Shown: positions 1-12,816 of the stretch, one piece after another | Layout: the number at the start of each line of letters is the position of its first letter | Position numbering within the stretch: position 1 is the stretch's first letter | Source of the DNA: Macrostomum lignano | Lineage: Eukaryota | Length of the DNA: 64,000 nucleotides | Assembly (NCBI GenBank): GCA_002269645.1 | Contig: NIVC01000763.1 | Location: 186,001-250,000 of the forward strand | Direction of reading: 5' to 3' | Position numbers and translations under genes: made by a program | Notes under the pieces: generated by a model | The model's database searches: none | What the model was told of the DNA's origin: nothing | Seen by the model: only the letters and a program-made list of their open reading frames with translations

Positions 1-970
1 TTCTTTCAAAAGATTTACAAATGTACTTTTGGTGTATACGAGTTCACAGGGTAAAAACTGACATTGGCTAAATGTACTTTTACAGTGTACATCGGCCAAA
101 TGCACTCTTAAAAAGTACATCCGGCAAAATGTACTCTTATAAAGTACCTCACCGAATGTACTTTTGTTGTGTACACTATGAAAAGACTTTGAAGAAGGTG
201 ATTTTGTCACGTATATTTTAAGTGTTCTTCAGATTGCAATTAATATCAGTTAATGAAGTTATTTAGAAAATTAGCCAGTCATCAATATCTGGATTAGTTT
301 CAGTTTCAAGCAATTTTCAAGCCCTTTCTCGCCCGAACCGGAAGTGAAGTGTATAACTTGGCGTGCGCGATCTCAGTCATGCAAGTCTTTGTACGATTTT
401 TTTGCCTAGCCTAATATCTGTTAACTATAGTATTTTTGTCAGCAGTGATGAATGAAATAAATGCCCTTGCTTTTAGTTACCCCCCCTCCCCCTGGTTTCA
501 AACTCAGAATTGCGTCCCGTTATTGTATATTATGTTTGCATGATTTTTTTTCACTACTCACTACTCACAGTAGACTGACACGGCCGTAATCGCTTGTAGA
601 TTTATAATCTTATCCGTATTTAACTGCCGTGTTAGCCTCCTGACTCATGTCCGTCTGCTAGTAGGTGTTTGACGCCTCAGCTTTTTGTGTGTTTTTGTTT
701 CATATTTAAATATTTAAATATTGACGTTTGCGTTATATATATGCGTGTATAGTGTCAACGTTGAAATACATTTTTGTAATTACCGCGTCAGTCTAGCGTT
801 ATAATATATTCGTGTACTTTTATGCGTGTGCGCTTCTCTGTAGATGCCTAGTTAACCGCGCGCTTGCCCTTTGAGTTGCGTAGCTTTACAGAACTGACTG
901 AAAATATTGCCGCACTACTCATGCCGCACTACTCACGCCTCATCTCTGCCTCCACTTTGTCATGTACCTT

Positions 971-1830
971 CTGTGTCTCACCCCTCCCAAGCTGTGTCTC
1001 ACGCCCCCCTAGCTGTGTCTCACCCCTCCCAAGCTTTGTCTCACCCCTCCCCAGCTGTGTCTCACCCCTCCCCAGCTGTGTCTCACCCCTCCCCAGCTGT
1101 GTCTCACCCCTCCCAAGCTTTGTCTCACGCCTCCCCAGCTGTGTCTCACCCCTCCCCAGCTGTGTCTCCCCCCTCCCCAGCTGTGTCTCACCCCTCCCCA
1201 GCTGTGTCTCACCCCTCCCCAGCTGTGTCTCACCCCTCCCAAGCTGTGTCTCACGCCTCCCCAGCTGTGTCTCACCCCTCCCCAGCTGTGTCTCACGCCT
1301 CCCCAGCTGTGTCTCACCCCTCCCCAGCTGTGTCTCACCCCTCCCCAGCTGTGTCTCACCCCTCCCAAGCTGTGTCTCACGCCTCCCCAGCTGTGTCTCA
1401 CCCCTCCCCAGCTGTGTCTCACCCCTCCCAAGCTGTGTCTCACGCCTCCCCAGCTGTGTCTCACCCCTCCCCAGCTGTGTCTCACCCCTCCCCAGCTGTG
1501 TCTCACCCCTCCCCAGCTGTGTCTCACCCCTCCCCAGCTGTGTCTCACCCCTCCCTAACTGTGTCTCACCTCTCCCCAGCTGTCTCACCCCTCCCCAGCT
1601 GTCTCACCCCTCCCCAGCTGTCTCACCCCTCCCCAGCTGTGTCTCACCCCTCCCTAACTGTGTCTCACCCCTACCCAACTGTATCTTACCTCTCCCTAAC
1701 TGTGTCTCACCCCTTCACAACTGTGTCTCACTGTCTGTCCTCAGCTGTCTCCCACCCCACTCTTAGCTGTCTCATGCCTCTCTCAGCTGTCTCACCCCTC
1801 CTCCAGCTGTCTCACCCCTCCCTCAACTGT
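971..1830. repeat. 21-bp minisatellite (CAGCTGTGTCTCACCCCTCCC)n, degenerating at the right end
   Basis: Direct tandem copies; explains the 7-aa periodic ORFs at 864-1866. Confidence 0.97.
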
Positions 1831-2265
1831 CTTACCCTTTGTTCGCACGATTTTTTCCCTAGCTAGCGGTTAATTTCAGCTTTTAGGGATCGAGTTTTTC
1901 TGTAACGTTTTCTGTAGCGGCGCCTCTGGTCTGCGCTCTTCAAGTTCACCTGTATTTTGCGTCAGTTTTTGTCACCCAGATCACGTTTGCCGATCTCCGA
2001 ATCTGAGGAGTGGAGCTTTTGCGGCGATACGAAACGTTTCGATGCTGAGCCACCGCTCCAAGCAGAAGATTAAACACGAAATTCGGCAAGTTTTGTCTTA
2101 AATTTTTTCCGACTCTGATGGCCAGATTGATGGCGAAATTTTTCTTAATGAAATCTTGGTTAATTTATCTCTTACTTTCACTGTTATGCTTGTTAAAATT
2201 CTCTTTTTCTCTTAGCTGTCCAGACTGATTTTGTGTTGACCATCTTTATTCGTGCTAATTAGAAT

Positions 2266-3245
2266 GTGTGCCACAGCCCTCAGAGGCCATCCATCCAGAG
2301 ACATGCACATTAGCATGTGTGCCACAGCCTCAGAGGCCATCCAGAGACATGCACATTAGCATGTGTGCTACAGCCTCAGAGGCCATCCATCCAGAGACAT
2401 GCACATTAGCATGTGTGCCACAGCCTCAGAGGCCATCCAGAGACATGCACATTAGCATGTGTGCTACAGCCTCAGAGGCCATCCATCCAGAGACATGCAC
2501 ATTAGCATGTGTGCCACAGCCTCAGAGGCCATCCAGAGACATGCACATTAGCATGTGTGCCACAGCCTCAGAGGCCATCCATCCAGAGACATGCACATTA
2601 GCATGTGTGCCACAGCCTCAGAGGCCATCCATCCAGAGACATGCACATTAGCATGTGTGCCATAGCCTCAGAGGCCATCCATCCAGAGACATGCACATTA
2701 GCATGTGTGCCACAGCCTCAGAGGCCATCCATCCAGAGACATGCACATTAGCATGTGTGCTACAGCCTCAGAGGCCATCCATCCAGAGACATGCACATTA
2801 GCATATGTGCCACAGCCTCAGAGGCCATCCATCCAGAGACATGCACATTAGCATGTGTGCCACAGCCTCAGAGGCCATCCATCCAGAGACATGCACATTA
2901 GCATGTGTGCCATAGCCTCAGAGGCCATCCATCCAGAGACATGCACATTAGCATGTGTGCCACAGCCTCAGAGGCCATCCATCCAGAGACATGCACATTA
3001 GCATGTGTGCTACAGCCTCAGAGGCCATCCATCCAGAGACATGCACATTAGCATATGTGCCACAGCCTCAGAGGCCATCCATCCAGAGACATGCACATTA
3101 GCATATGTGCCACAGCCTCAGAGGCCATCCATCCAGAGACATGCACATTAGCATATGTGCTACAGCCTCAGAGGCCATCCATCCAGAGACATGCACATTA
3201 GCATGTGTACCACCCACAGCCTCAGAGGCCGTCCAGAGACATGCA
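2266..3245. repeat. 50-bp minisatellite (GCATGTGTGCCACAGCCTCAGAGGCCATCCATCCAGAGACATGCACATTA)n with 46-bp variants
   Basis: About 20 tandem copies; early units lack one CATC. Confidence 0.97.
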
Positions 3246-4164
3246 CTTTTCATTGACCTCATCTGCGCCAAAAATCCCCATGTTTTGAGGCTTTCACGCG
3301 ACTCCGGCTGTGTTTGCTCGGAACGTGTCTTTCATAGAGCTGGGGCATAATTTGTGCGGGGTTAAGTCAAGACAAATAAGAAAAGACGACACATACAGCG
3401 AGCAAGCAAGGACAACACATTTTTTAGTATCTCTGTCGCATTGTATTTTCTTAGTCAAAGCAAACACTGATAGAAAATAGAGAGTTGCAGGGAACCGGAG
3501 ACTCACGCCAAGTTAGTTATGAAGCGAAGCTGAAGGCGCAACAAGCTGCTGGGCCGGCATTTCTGTCTCTTGGAGAGGTTTATTCGCATCTCATTTTGCT
3601 CGAAAAGCTCAGTCAACTGAAAAAAAAATTTACAAGACCAAGCCGCTTGCAAGCTTTGGCTGAAGTCAATAAAATACGAGACAATTAGCTATACTTGATT
3701 ACATTTACTTGTCTGCCGATGTGCGTAAAGCGCAGAGGAAATGTGTATTAGTGCCTTGAAAAATAGTAGAAACAGCAAATAGTGAAATCGTATTGAAATT
3801 TTAACACAAACATTGAATATTGCGTGGTTCGAGTAAACAAAGTTATTCCAAAAGACGAACAGTTCATCTTTTTCATTGCAACGTCATGTTACAGCTGTGC
3901 TGGGTCGAAGAACGTACACGTACGTACAAAGTCTGATTGACTTGTATACAACGATCTTAGCAAAGCCATTTAACTAAACCGCTATTGTATACTTTACATG
4001 CGTATTTTTACGGGTATGCTAGAGTTGCAAAAATTGGAGGAAAAATGAAAGCTGACTGAACATATTAGATTTCTTTACCCCATTTATCGCTGTTTTACTC
4101 GGAGGGGTTGGGATACTCGTACATGTATGTGTACCAGTTGATTTAGTTGACCTAACGCCTCATT

Positions 4165-5232
4165 TTCTATCCCGCTATCACATTGCTGAAGTGTGAATTG
4201 GAGTGAGGGGGTTAATCGATTGACTTTCTGGTCGGACCATTCAACCCCACCCACTCCGTTTTCTATCCCTCTAGCCCATTTATTGCTGAAGTGTGAATTG
4301 GAGTGAGAGGGTTTATCGATTGACTTTCTGGTCGGAACATTCAACCTCACCCACTCCGTTTTCTATCCCTCTAGCCCACTTTATTGCTGATGTGTGAATT
4401 GGAGTGAGGGGGTTAATCGATTGACTTTCTGGTCGGACCATTCAACCTCACCCACTCCGTTTTCTATCCCTCTAGCCCATTTATTGCTGAAGTGTGAATT
4501 GGAGTGAGGGGGTTTATCGATTGACTTTCTGGTCGGAACATTCAACCTCACCCACTCCGTTTTCTATCCCTCTAGCCCACTTTATTGCTGATGTGTGAAT
4601 TGGAGTGAGGGGGTTAATCGATTGACTTTCTGGTCGGACCATTCAACCTCACTCACTCCGTTTTCTATCCCTCTAGCCCATTTATTGCTGAAGTGTGAAT
4701 TGGAGTGAGGGGGTTTATCGATTGACTTTCTGGTCGGAACATTCAACCTCACCCACTCCGTTTTCTATCCCTCTAGCCCACTTTATTGCTGATGTGTGAA
4801 TTGGAGTTAAGGGGTTAATCGATTGACTTTCTGGTCGGGCTCTTTAACCCCACCCACTCCGTTTTCTATCCCTCTAGCCCACTTTATTGCTGAAGTGTGA
4901 ATTGGAGTTAAGGGGTTAATCGATTGACTTTCTGGTCGGGCTCTTTAACCCCACCCACTCCGTTTTCTATCCCGCTAGCCCACTTTATTGCTGATGTGTG
5001 AATTGGAGTTAAGGGGTTAATCGATTGACTTTCTGGTCGGGCTCTTAAACCCCACACACTCCGTTTTCTATCCCTCTAGCCCACTTTATTGCTGAAGTGT
5101 GAATTGGAGTGAGGGGGTTTATCGATTGACTTTCTGGTCGGACCATTCAACCTCACCCACTCCGTTTTCTATCCCTCTAGCCCACTTTATTGCTGATGTG
5201 TGAATTGGAGTGAGGGGGTTTATCGATTGACT
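4165..5232. repeat. ~100-bp satellite, about 10.5 copies, alternating 100/101-bp units
   Basis: TTGCTGA(A/T)GTGTGAATTGGAG recurs at 4183, 4283, 4384, 4484 and onward. Confidence 0.95.
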
Positions 5233-5651
5233 CCGTTTTATATCCCGCCAGCTCCCGATTTAGTGTTAACATTAGTATATGGATTTTAAATGTGGATTTG
5301 GAGGGAATGTGCTTTCCTATAATAATGCTGATTTGTCAATTTGTTAATCTACGCTCGTAGTAAATATTCTTTGTGAGAGGGCACTGAACACTAACTAAAG
5401 ACGCGCTTATGCAAAGTGTTTGCGTGCATGTGAGAATTTAATAAATTAAAAATATTAAAAAACTAATTCTCTATAGATATAATCACAATTACTATCACAC
5501 GTTCTACGCTGTACTTCTACTGTTACAATAGACAGTGGATGTGACAGTTAAGCATCTGTATGCATCCTAGTAGCAGTTCTGAAGCCTATAGCCATTGCAT
5601 CTCACACTTCCTTAATCTTCAATCGCCATAAGCAGAGACGATTTGAGAGGC

Positions 5652-6125
5652 CTAGAGATCAGACGTGATCGGCGCAGCCTCATCGCCGTTGGCCTTAGCA
5701 ACCAGCGCGCCCTTCGAACTGTTGAGCGGCTGCTCAGCGGCTGGAACTGATGGAGCGGCTCGATTTGGATTCTGCTGCCGGCCGCCGCCGCCGCCGCGTC
5801 CTCTACCGGCCACGGCGCTCGCCCGGCCGAATGTGACGGCGAAAGTCTGGCGAAACTGGCTGGACATTTTGGTGTAGATGAAAAAATTCACAGGATAAGT
5901 GACCAAGATGGTGAAGTTGATCACTGGCAGAGCAAAGCCCATGAATTCCAGTGAGGGCAGGTTGCTGAGGTTCAGCGCGTAGACGGACATGACGACCGTC
6001 ATGGGGAGCTCCACTACCATGAATATTCCCACCACAGTGGTTAGCATGGCTGTCGTGTTGCTGGGTTCTTCGCGTCTGCGCTGATGCGCGCTGCTTGACG
6101 AACCGGTGGCTGGAGCTTTCTGATC
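5652..6125 (-). CDS. SPR/MIP(FMRFamide-like) peptide GPCR, exon 3 (TM6-TM7, C-tail, stop)
   Basis: Acceptor tttcgccag|GAT; TTAMLTTVVGIFMVVELP (TM6) and YPVNFFIYTKMSSQFR (TM7/helix 8). Confidence 0.9.
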   Translation of the reverse strand, partial: DQKAPATGSSSSAHQRRREEPSNTTAMLTTVVGIFMVVELPMTVVMSVYALNLSNLPSLEFMGFALPVINFTILVTYPVNFFIYTKMSSQFRQTFAVTFGRASAVAGRGRGGGGGRQQNPNRAAPSVPAAEQPLNSSKGALVAKANGDEAAPITSDL

Positions 6126-6218
6126 CTGGCGAAAGATTTCGATTAGAAATTCTTTGATTTCATTTTTTTATATGATATCATTTTGTCATTAATATTTCAG
6201 AAACTCAACATTGCATAC

Positions 6219-6772
6219 CTTTTGGATCAGCTGCTGCTGCTGTTGCTGCTGCGTCCTTCGCCCGCTCAGCAGCAGCTTCCTCCGCTTGGCGGCCTTTCGC
6301 ATTCCGTTGACCAGCAGGCTGGTGAACACCAGCAGCAGCACGGATGGCACCAGGTTCACCAGGAGAGTTCTCGTATAGATCAGGCCTTCGAACAGCGACT
6401 GCTGGTTGGCAAAGTTGCAGGAAACCACCAGGTCGGGTCGTCCAGCGTCCGACGCCATGGCGAAGGTGTACGGCCCGTCCAAGTACAGCCAGATGGCCAT
6501 GAAGGCTGTTGTCAGCGCCAGCACGATGACAATGGAGACAACCGAGGTTCGGTTGGTGCACAGACGCTGCACTGACATGGGGAAGGTGATGTAGATCCAG
6601 CGCTGGATAGCCAGGATCACAGTGAACCAAATTGAGGCTGTGTGAGCGATGGTCGGCAGGGTGGTCATCATGATGTTTACCAGGTTCGCCGCCGCGGGGC
6701 TGCCGCAGACGCGGGCCACGGTCCAGCCGTGGGCGAACTCGGACAGCAGGTACCAGGGCAGCGGGAAGATGC
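6219..6772 (-). CDS. SPR/MIP-like GPCR, exon 2 (TM2 end-TM5)
   Basis: Acceptor cacctgcag|GC, donor AAG|gtatgc; HTASIWFTVILAIQRWIY matches the SPR-family TM3 motif HTASIWLT.LA.QRYIY. Confidence 0.9.
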
Positions 6773-7527
6773 CTGCAGGTGCGTGGGCAAGCAGTTTGGG
6801 GCTGCGATTCTCAGGAAGACGATTGCTGTTTCACTTGTGAGCATATTTACTCGTAGACGTTTCCACATCTGACGAATTCAAAGTTAACTTTTGCAAAAGA
6901 ATTGATGATGTAAAAAGGACACCACATACATTCGAGGCTTTGTAACACTAGTACTGACCTTCCTTCACATTTCTTGGTGTAACTCCTAACTGAAGCCACA
7001 TGAAAGAGAAGTTCGAATGACAGTTTTTTCGTTGAAATCTTTAGTCTGACACATAAAACATAAAAATTGGTCAAGGTAATGAGGAGCTAGAGCAAACATT
7101 CCGGGACTGTTGGGACACACCTCGTAAATGACAAACACAGGAACTTGCAATAAAGGACTACCTGAGTTGGATTTGCTTGCAATTCGTCATTTGAGAGCCC
7201 GAAGAAATTTCAAACAATACAAAACCTGCTGCTGTTATAAACAGCGCTAATAAAAGCAAGGGTTATAATCAGGACACGCCTGGAGAGGCAGCTGTGTCCG
7301 CCTTCCAGGTGCTCTGGCGCGAAGTACCGATTAAAGGAAGGGAAGCAAAGAAGGCACTTGAAAAGGAAATTGCTACCCAAATCTCCTGCGCGCTATTTCC
7401 GAGCGAGCAAAAGAGAAAAGGTGAAAATTTGCGTGACAAGCGGCCTGGGGCAGGGCAACGTGGGGACAGTAATGATGGGGAGCGGCTGAGAAGCTGCGGA
7501 CTGGCTTTTGTGACGAGAATCTACGCT

Positions 7528-7655
<128 letters not shown>

Positions 7656-9282
7656 TCATCTACATCGCTTGACTTCCGGATCAATCTAGTCTTGAAGCAA
7701 GTGAATGATTACGAAAAACTACTTTGCAGAGCAATCTGCTTTTTAAGTCGTGCCTCTAATTTTCTCCTGTGGTTTTTGCAGTCTGTTAGCAGCAAAAAAG
7801 AGATTTTGCTTCTATCGAGTCGTACGCCAGCGTTTTGAATAAAAAAATTTCATTTGCAAACTGCATTTCGCCGGCTTCCCAGTTGCCAGCAGCCAACACA
7901 CTCAGCCAGTGCCACCTGCCAGTCTTCAAGTGCCTCTCCCGAGGCTAAAATAGTCATTTTCTAGCCGTGAGTAGGTTTGCAAATTTTTTCTCAGCGTGTT
8001 AGATTCTCGGAAACGAGAGGGAAGATGGGGAGAGAGAGACCGGGAGGGATTCGAATGGATTGCGTGGGCGTGTTGAATGCTTCCTTTATGACTTTGATCT
8101 CGGATCCACAGGCAAGCAGGGGATGCTCTGCTGCTCCTAGTAGCTCTTACAGGCAGCATGGTAGCTATTAATCTTTCTTCCACCTTGTCTGCGTGTGTCC
8201 CATTCCTCCCAGTGGTGTTGGCAGTTTGCAGCTGGCAACCCACTGCCGTCTTCCCCTGCCCACTAAAAGTCCAGCCCAGCTGGGTTCTCAAAGCAGAGGC
8301 CTGAGATTTGCTGTCTCCTCTGCCCCCTCCAAGCACTTGCTCACTACATCGCTTCATCTCACTCCCTATAATCTGAAATCCTCCTCGGTCACCCAGATCT
8401 CTCAGGATCAATAACAGGTCTGCAATCAGGCAGACTTAAGCTGGGCTCCGCTAACTCTGCATGGACAAAGCAGTGACGCGAAGAGTTCAAAATTCGCTAC
8501 AATCGATCAGCTGCATTCGGGATAGGAGGGCTGAAATCCTCTTAATTAGGAGACTTATCCATATGGTAACTTAATCCGGTTTTTGCGGCCATGGCTTTCT
8601 TGGAAGGTTTGTGCATAATTTTTAGCTACATGCATTTAAGCTTTCTTGGGTTTGCAAAAGACTCAAGGGGAGAGGGGGAGCTCAAGAATAGGTAAAGATA
8701 ATTGAGCGATAGCAGGTACGCCCAGATCGATACAAATTTGTGTGTCTTCTATGTTTTCCTGGGCTTTGACTAATCAGCGAGAGCAGCACGCATGCAATAA
8801 CGATCTCTACTACTTCCTACTGTCTAATTATGCATCAAGGCAGTGACACAACTGCATGAAAGGTTTTATTTTCAATAAATCCTATAGATAGAACGAACTT
8901 TTGCTAAAAGGTTCACTTGAAATTACTGCTGGGGACAAAAATTTTCCATTTTCAAGTCTGGCACTTTACGTGGAATACCCTGTATATTTGCAAATGAAGC
9001 AAGTGTGTGTGTTCTGTCCAAGGCTACTCTTGTAATTTTACCTAGGTAATATTTCTTAGAAATGCTACCGTAGACAAACAAGCTTGAAGCAAAGCTGCAA
9101 AGAGATTTCAGTTGTGCCTGACTCCTGTCTTCTGCATGTTTTCTAGCAGACTTCACTCGACCAGTTTGCCTGTCCTCAATATACTTCTGCATTTAATCGA
9201 GAAACTTGTTGCATTAGCTAATTCATAGAAGAATATTGAATCAGCCGTTTTAATGTACACGTCTTGATCAGTAATCTAGTGA

Positions 9283-9564
9283 TCGAATGGATTGCTGATG
9301 AAGGAATAGAATGGATTGCTAAACTAGTCAGCATCACTGATGAAGGAATAGAATGGATTGCTAATCTAGCCAATATCACTCATGAAGGAATAGAATGGAT
9401 TGCTAATCTAGTCAACATCACTGATGAAGGAATAGAATGGATTGCTAATCTAGCCAGCATCACTGATGAAGGAATAGAATGGATTGCTAATCTAGCCAGC
9501 ATCACTGATGAAGGAATAGAATGGATTGCTAATCTAGCCAGCATCACTGATGAAGGAATAGAAT
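9283..9564 (+). repeat. 42-bp minisatellite family, array A (GAAGGAATAGAATGGATTGCTAATCTAGCCAGCATCACTGAT)
   Basis: About 6.5 tandem copies. Confidence 0.95.
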
Positions 9565-10818
9565 GACACAGAGCGCTCGACTTCCTCAATGCCTTCCTAT
9601 CTCTCCTCAATGCATTTTGCAAAAAAAACCGACTTCAAAGTAAAGTGGCTGCCCCTGTGCCATATCGCTTATCGGAACGTTAAAGCTCATAAATATTCAG
9701 CAGAAAAATCTGTTATCTGTTGCCATTTTTGACTGTATAGACAAATGCTGCAACGGACATTGCTGATGGGTTGGCAAGCGGAACCAACGCTGGTACCTGC
9801 TAGCCAAGCAGACTGCAGCCTCCTTAATGGATATATGTGTGTATACAGGAGTACATCTGCCAGTGTGGGTCAGCCTCGGCTCTCTTATCTTTCTATTCGG
9901 GATAAACTCCCCAATTTCATTATTGATGACTACCGGACTTGCAGACCTACAGCAAGCAATAAATGATTACTGTTGCTGAAACTTCACCGAATCCTTCCCT
10001 CAAACCACGTGGAAAAATGACAAAAAAGTCCAGTTGAAAGCGTAGGAAAGGCAGGCCTTCAAAAGATTCATGGGGCCTCGACTACTGCAAGACTGCACTG
10101 CAAGGATACCAATGGTTTCAGCTTTCAGAGATGAAGGAAAGCTGGATACTTGGGATAAAACTGAGGCAATTGCTCCTGTGTTGGCCAGTCGCTCGGTTAA
10201 AGCAAACAAGGGGGTCTGCTGAAAATATAAATATATATTGGGCTGAGCACCATATTACCTGGCAACAGGTGCCTGCAGGGGGACTTCAATGAGCGCTTGA
10301 GGGTGTGCGAGAGCGGGATGAGGCTTGAAGGGGAAAGAGAGGCAGAGCCATGGAGCTCTGATAGGAGCATCTGGAACGGAAGCTCACTAAAAATCTACTT
10401 CTATTTCTTTAGCGCTCAACTTCAATTTTGAATCTTGCAACGCAGAGGAAAATACATTTTTTGCTAATTAGTAAATTCACTGCTTTGCCATGGATTGTTG
10501 CATTTAAAGGAAATCGGGGGTTTTCCAAACCGGATTTCTGGGCCAAGTACTCCATGGCCGGGCTCCATGAAAAATGCAAAGCAATGACGGCGGCCAGGGA
10601 TAAATACCGATAGCTGCTTGCTGCGAGTCGTGAGACGATCTGAAAAGTCGGCAAAGCTCTTTTATTTGTCCCTTGGGGAGGCTGGGGAATCCTAAGGAGG
10701 GGAGCTGAGGAGCAGCCAGAGATGCGCTGACAATGCGCTGATAAACGAAGATGAGTTCAGTAGTGCACTCCAGTGAGATGAGCTTCAGACCGCTTTGGAA
10801 TGGCGGGTATGTGAACTC

Positions 10819-11430
10819 TAGAATGAATGGATTGCTAACCTAGCCAGCATCACTGATGAAGGATTAGAATGGATTGCTAATCTAGCCAACATCACTGATG
10901 AAGGATTAGAATGGATTGCTAATCTAGCCAACATCACTGATGAAGGAATAGAATGGATTGCTAATCTAGCCAGCATCACTGATGAAGGAGTAGAATGGAT
11001 TGCTAATCTAGCCAGCATCACTGATGAAGGAATAGAATGGATTGCTAATCTAGCCAGCATCACTGATGAAGGAATAAAATGGATTGCTAATCTAGCCAGC
11101 ATCACTGATGAAGGAATAGAATGGATTGCTAATCTAGCCAGCATCACTGATGAAGGAATAGAATGGATTGCTAATCTAGCCAACATCACTGATGAAGGAA
11201 TAGAATGGATTGCTAATCTACCCAACATCACTGATGAAGGAATAGAATGGATTGCTAATCTAGCCAGCATCACTGATGAAGGAATAGAATGGATTGCTAA
11301 TCTAGCCAACATCACTGATGAAGGAATAGAATGGATTGCTAATCTACCCAACATCACTGATGAAGGAATAGAATGGATTGCTAATCTAGCCAGCATCACT
11401 GATGAAGGCATATAGTGGATTACTAATCTA
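10819..11430 (+). repeat. 42-bp minisatellite family, array B
   Basis: About 14.5 copies of the same unit as array A. Confidence 0.96.
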
Positions 11431-11834
11431 GACAACAGTTTAATAGCTCCATTCTTCGAAAAAATCGAACTTCAAAGGGTCAAAGACTTATCGAACTGCC
11501 CGCCTCTGAGTTCGCCTTTGAAAATCGACCAAGCGGCTGCCCGCCCCAGGTGGTAAAAGTTCAAGCTGGAGCCGCCGTTTCTGCGGCCGGAACTGGCCAG
11601 CGAGCCGGGCTTTTTAACCTGAACCGGATGCCTCTGCACGCAATCTTGCGTGCCGATAAATTCAATACAGAGGCTCGCTGAGTGGTCAAACTTTCCCTCA
11701 GCCGCTTCCTCTGATCGCTTTTGTGATTTTAGAAAAACTGCCGGATTGAGAAACTCGCCTTGACAACTGACTGGGATTGGGGTTGACGCGTTGATGAGGA
11801 AAATGGGGAACAGGGGAGCAGAGGGACTGGTTTC

Positions 11835-11986
<152 letters not shown>

Positions 11987-12816
11987 TGATTTGAGCAGGA
12001 GGAGGCGGAGGCATGGCAGATCCAGGATGCCCGTCGCTGCCAGGTGAGCTGGGCTTGTTTGCCAATTTGAAGATTCGAATCCTTTCACGCATTCACCTTT
12101 CCCCCCATTTCCTCCCTCCGCGCCTTCCGGACGATCTTGGCCATTGATCTCCGACTCTTCACTCCTAGCAACGGGGTGTTTGCCCTCCATCAGCCTCCCA
12201 GCCTCCGCTGCCAGGCAGGAAACGCTCGGCAGTTTCACAGTATTCCCATTGACACACGAGAAGCATTCGCTTGCGCCTTTTTGGTTGTCGCGCTGCTCCC
12301 GACTCGGCTGACTGATTAAAAACCAAAGCCAAGCGAGTCTGGCAGCCCGCCGCCCCCATACAGACTCGATAGAGTGTGGAGATGAGGCGGAAACACGCGT
12401 TAAAGTGAGTTATTGGCAACGGGAGGTCGTTGCAGTGCATGGCTCAGATGGCCTGAGATGGGTCTAGTGATGAGGGTGCTTTTACATCCTAATGCGAGAG
12501 GCTGACTGGACCAGACTGTCCTTGCCTGCCTAGGATAAAGCCCTCCCTCTTCTTCCGGAAGAAAGGAGGAACAAGTGTCTCCCCGGAGAGAGAAGAGGGA
12601 TGGAGACCAGGCCAAGGAGGGGGCTCCCCCTACTCGACAAAAAGCTGCAGTAAAAAAAGAGTAGCCAAGAGTGACCGGGGTTGATGCTCAAGCGCTCGAT
12701 CCCCAGGATAGAAGCTATGACTCGCTCAAGGACTCACGGCGGAGAGAGCGGGAAGACCTTTAATGCTGGTCCGGAAATGTTGCAGAGTTTTCCCTGGCCT
12801 CTCATGCACGAGATGG

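Noticed and set aside
335-348. ETS-like CCGGAAGTG promoter motif
   Set aside because: A single short motif with no linked gene in the window
864-1866. Long ORFs over tandem arrays (also 16719-18659, 25846-27285 in part, 29387-29971, 50282-51085, 57730-59514, 62615-63961)
   Set aside because: Periodic translations of minisatellites, open in several frames on both strands; not supported as genes
4165-5232. Hammerhead ribozyme in the 100-bp satellite
   Set aside because: Reads CTGA(A/T)GT, not CTGANGA; no catalytic core
8560-9192. Degenerate transposase-like frame with several TAA/TAG stops (ORF 8923-9192 and beyond)
   Set aside because: Stop density is close to random for AT-rich DNA and no family motif was recognised
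9745-10400. LINE APE endonuclease remnant (GYMCVYR..., LQGDFN at about 10273)
   Set aside because: Only isolated short motifs across broken frames; not enough without a profile search
9283-11430. Hammerhead ribozyme in the 42-bp satellite (CTGATGA present)
   Set aside because: No GAAA core or stem II/III arrangement; CTGATG simply pairs with the adjacent CATCA
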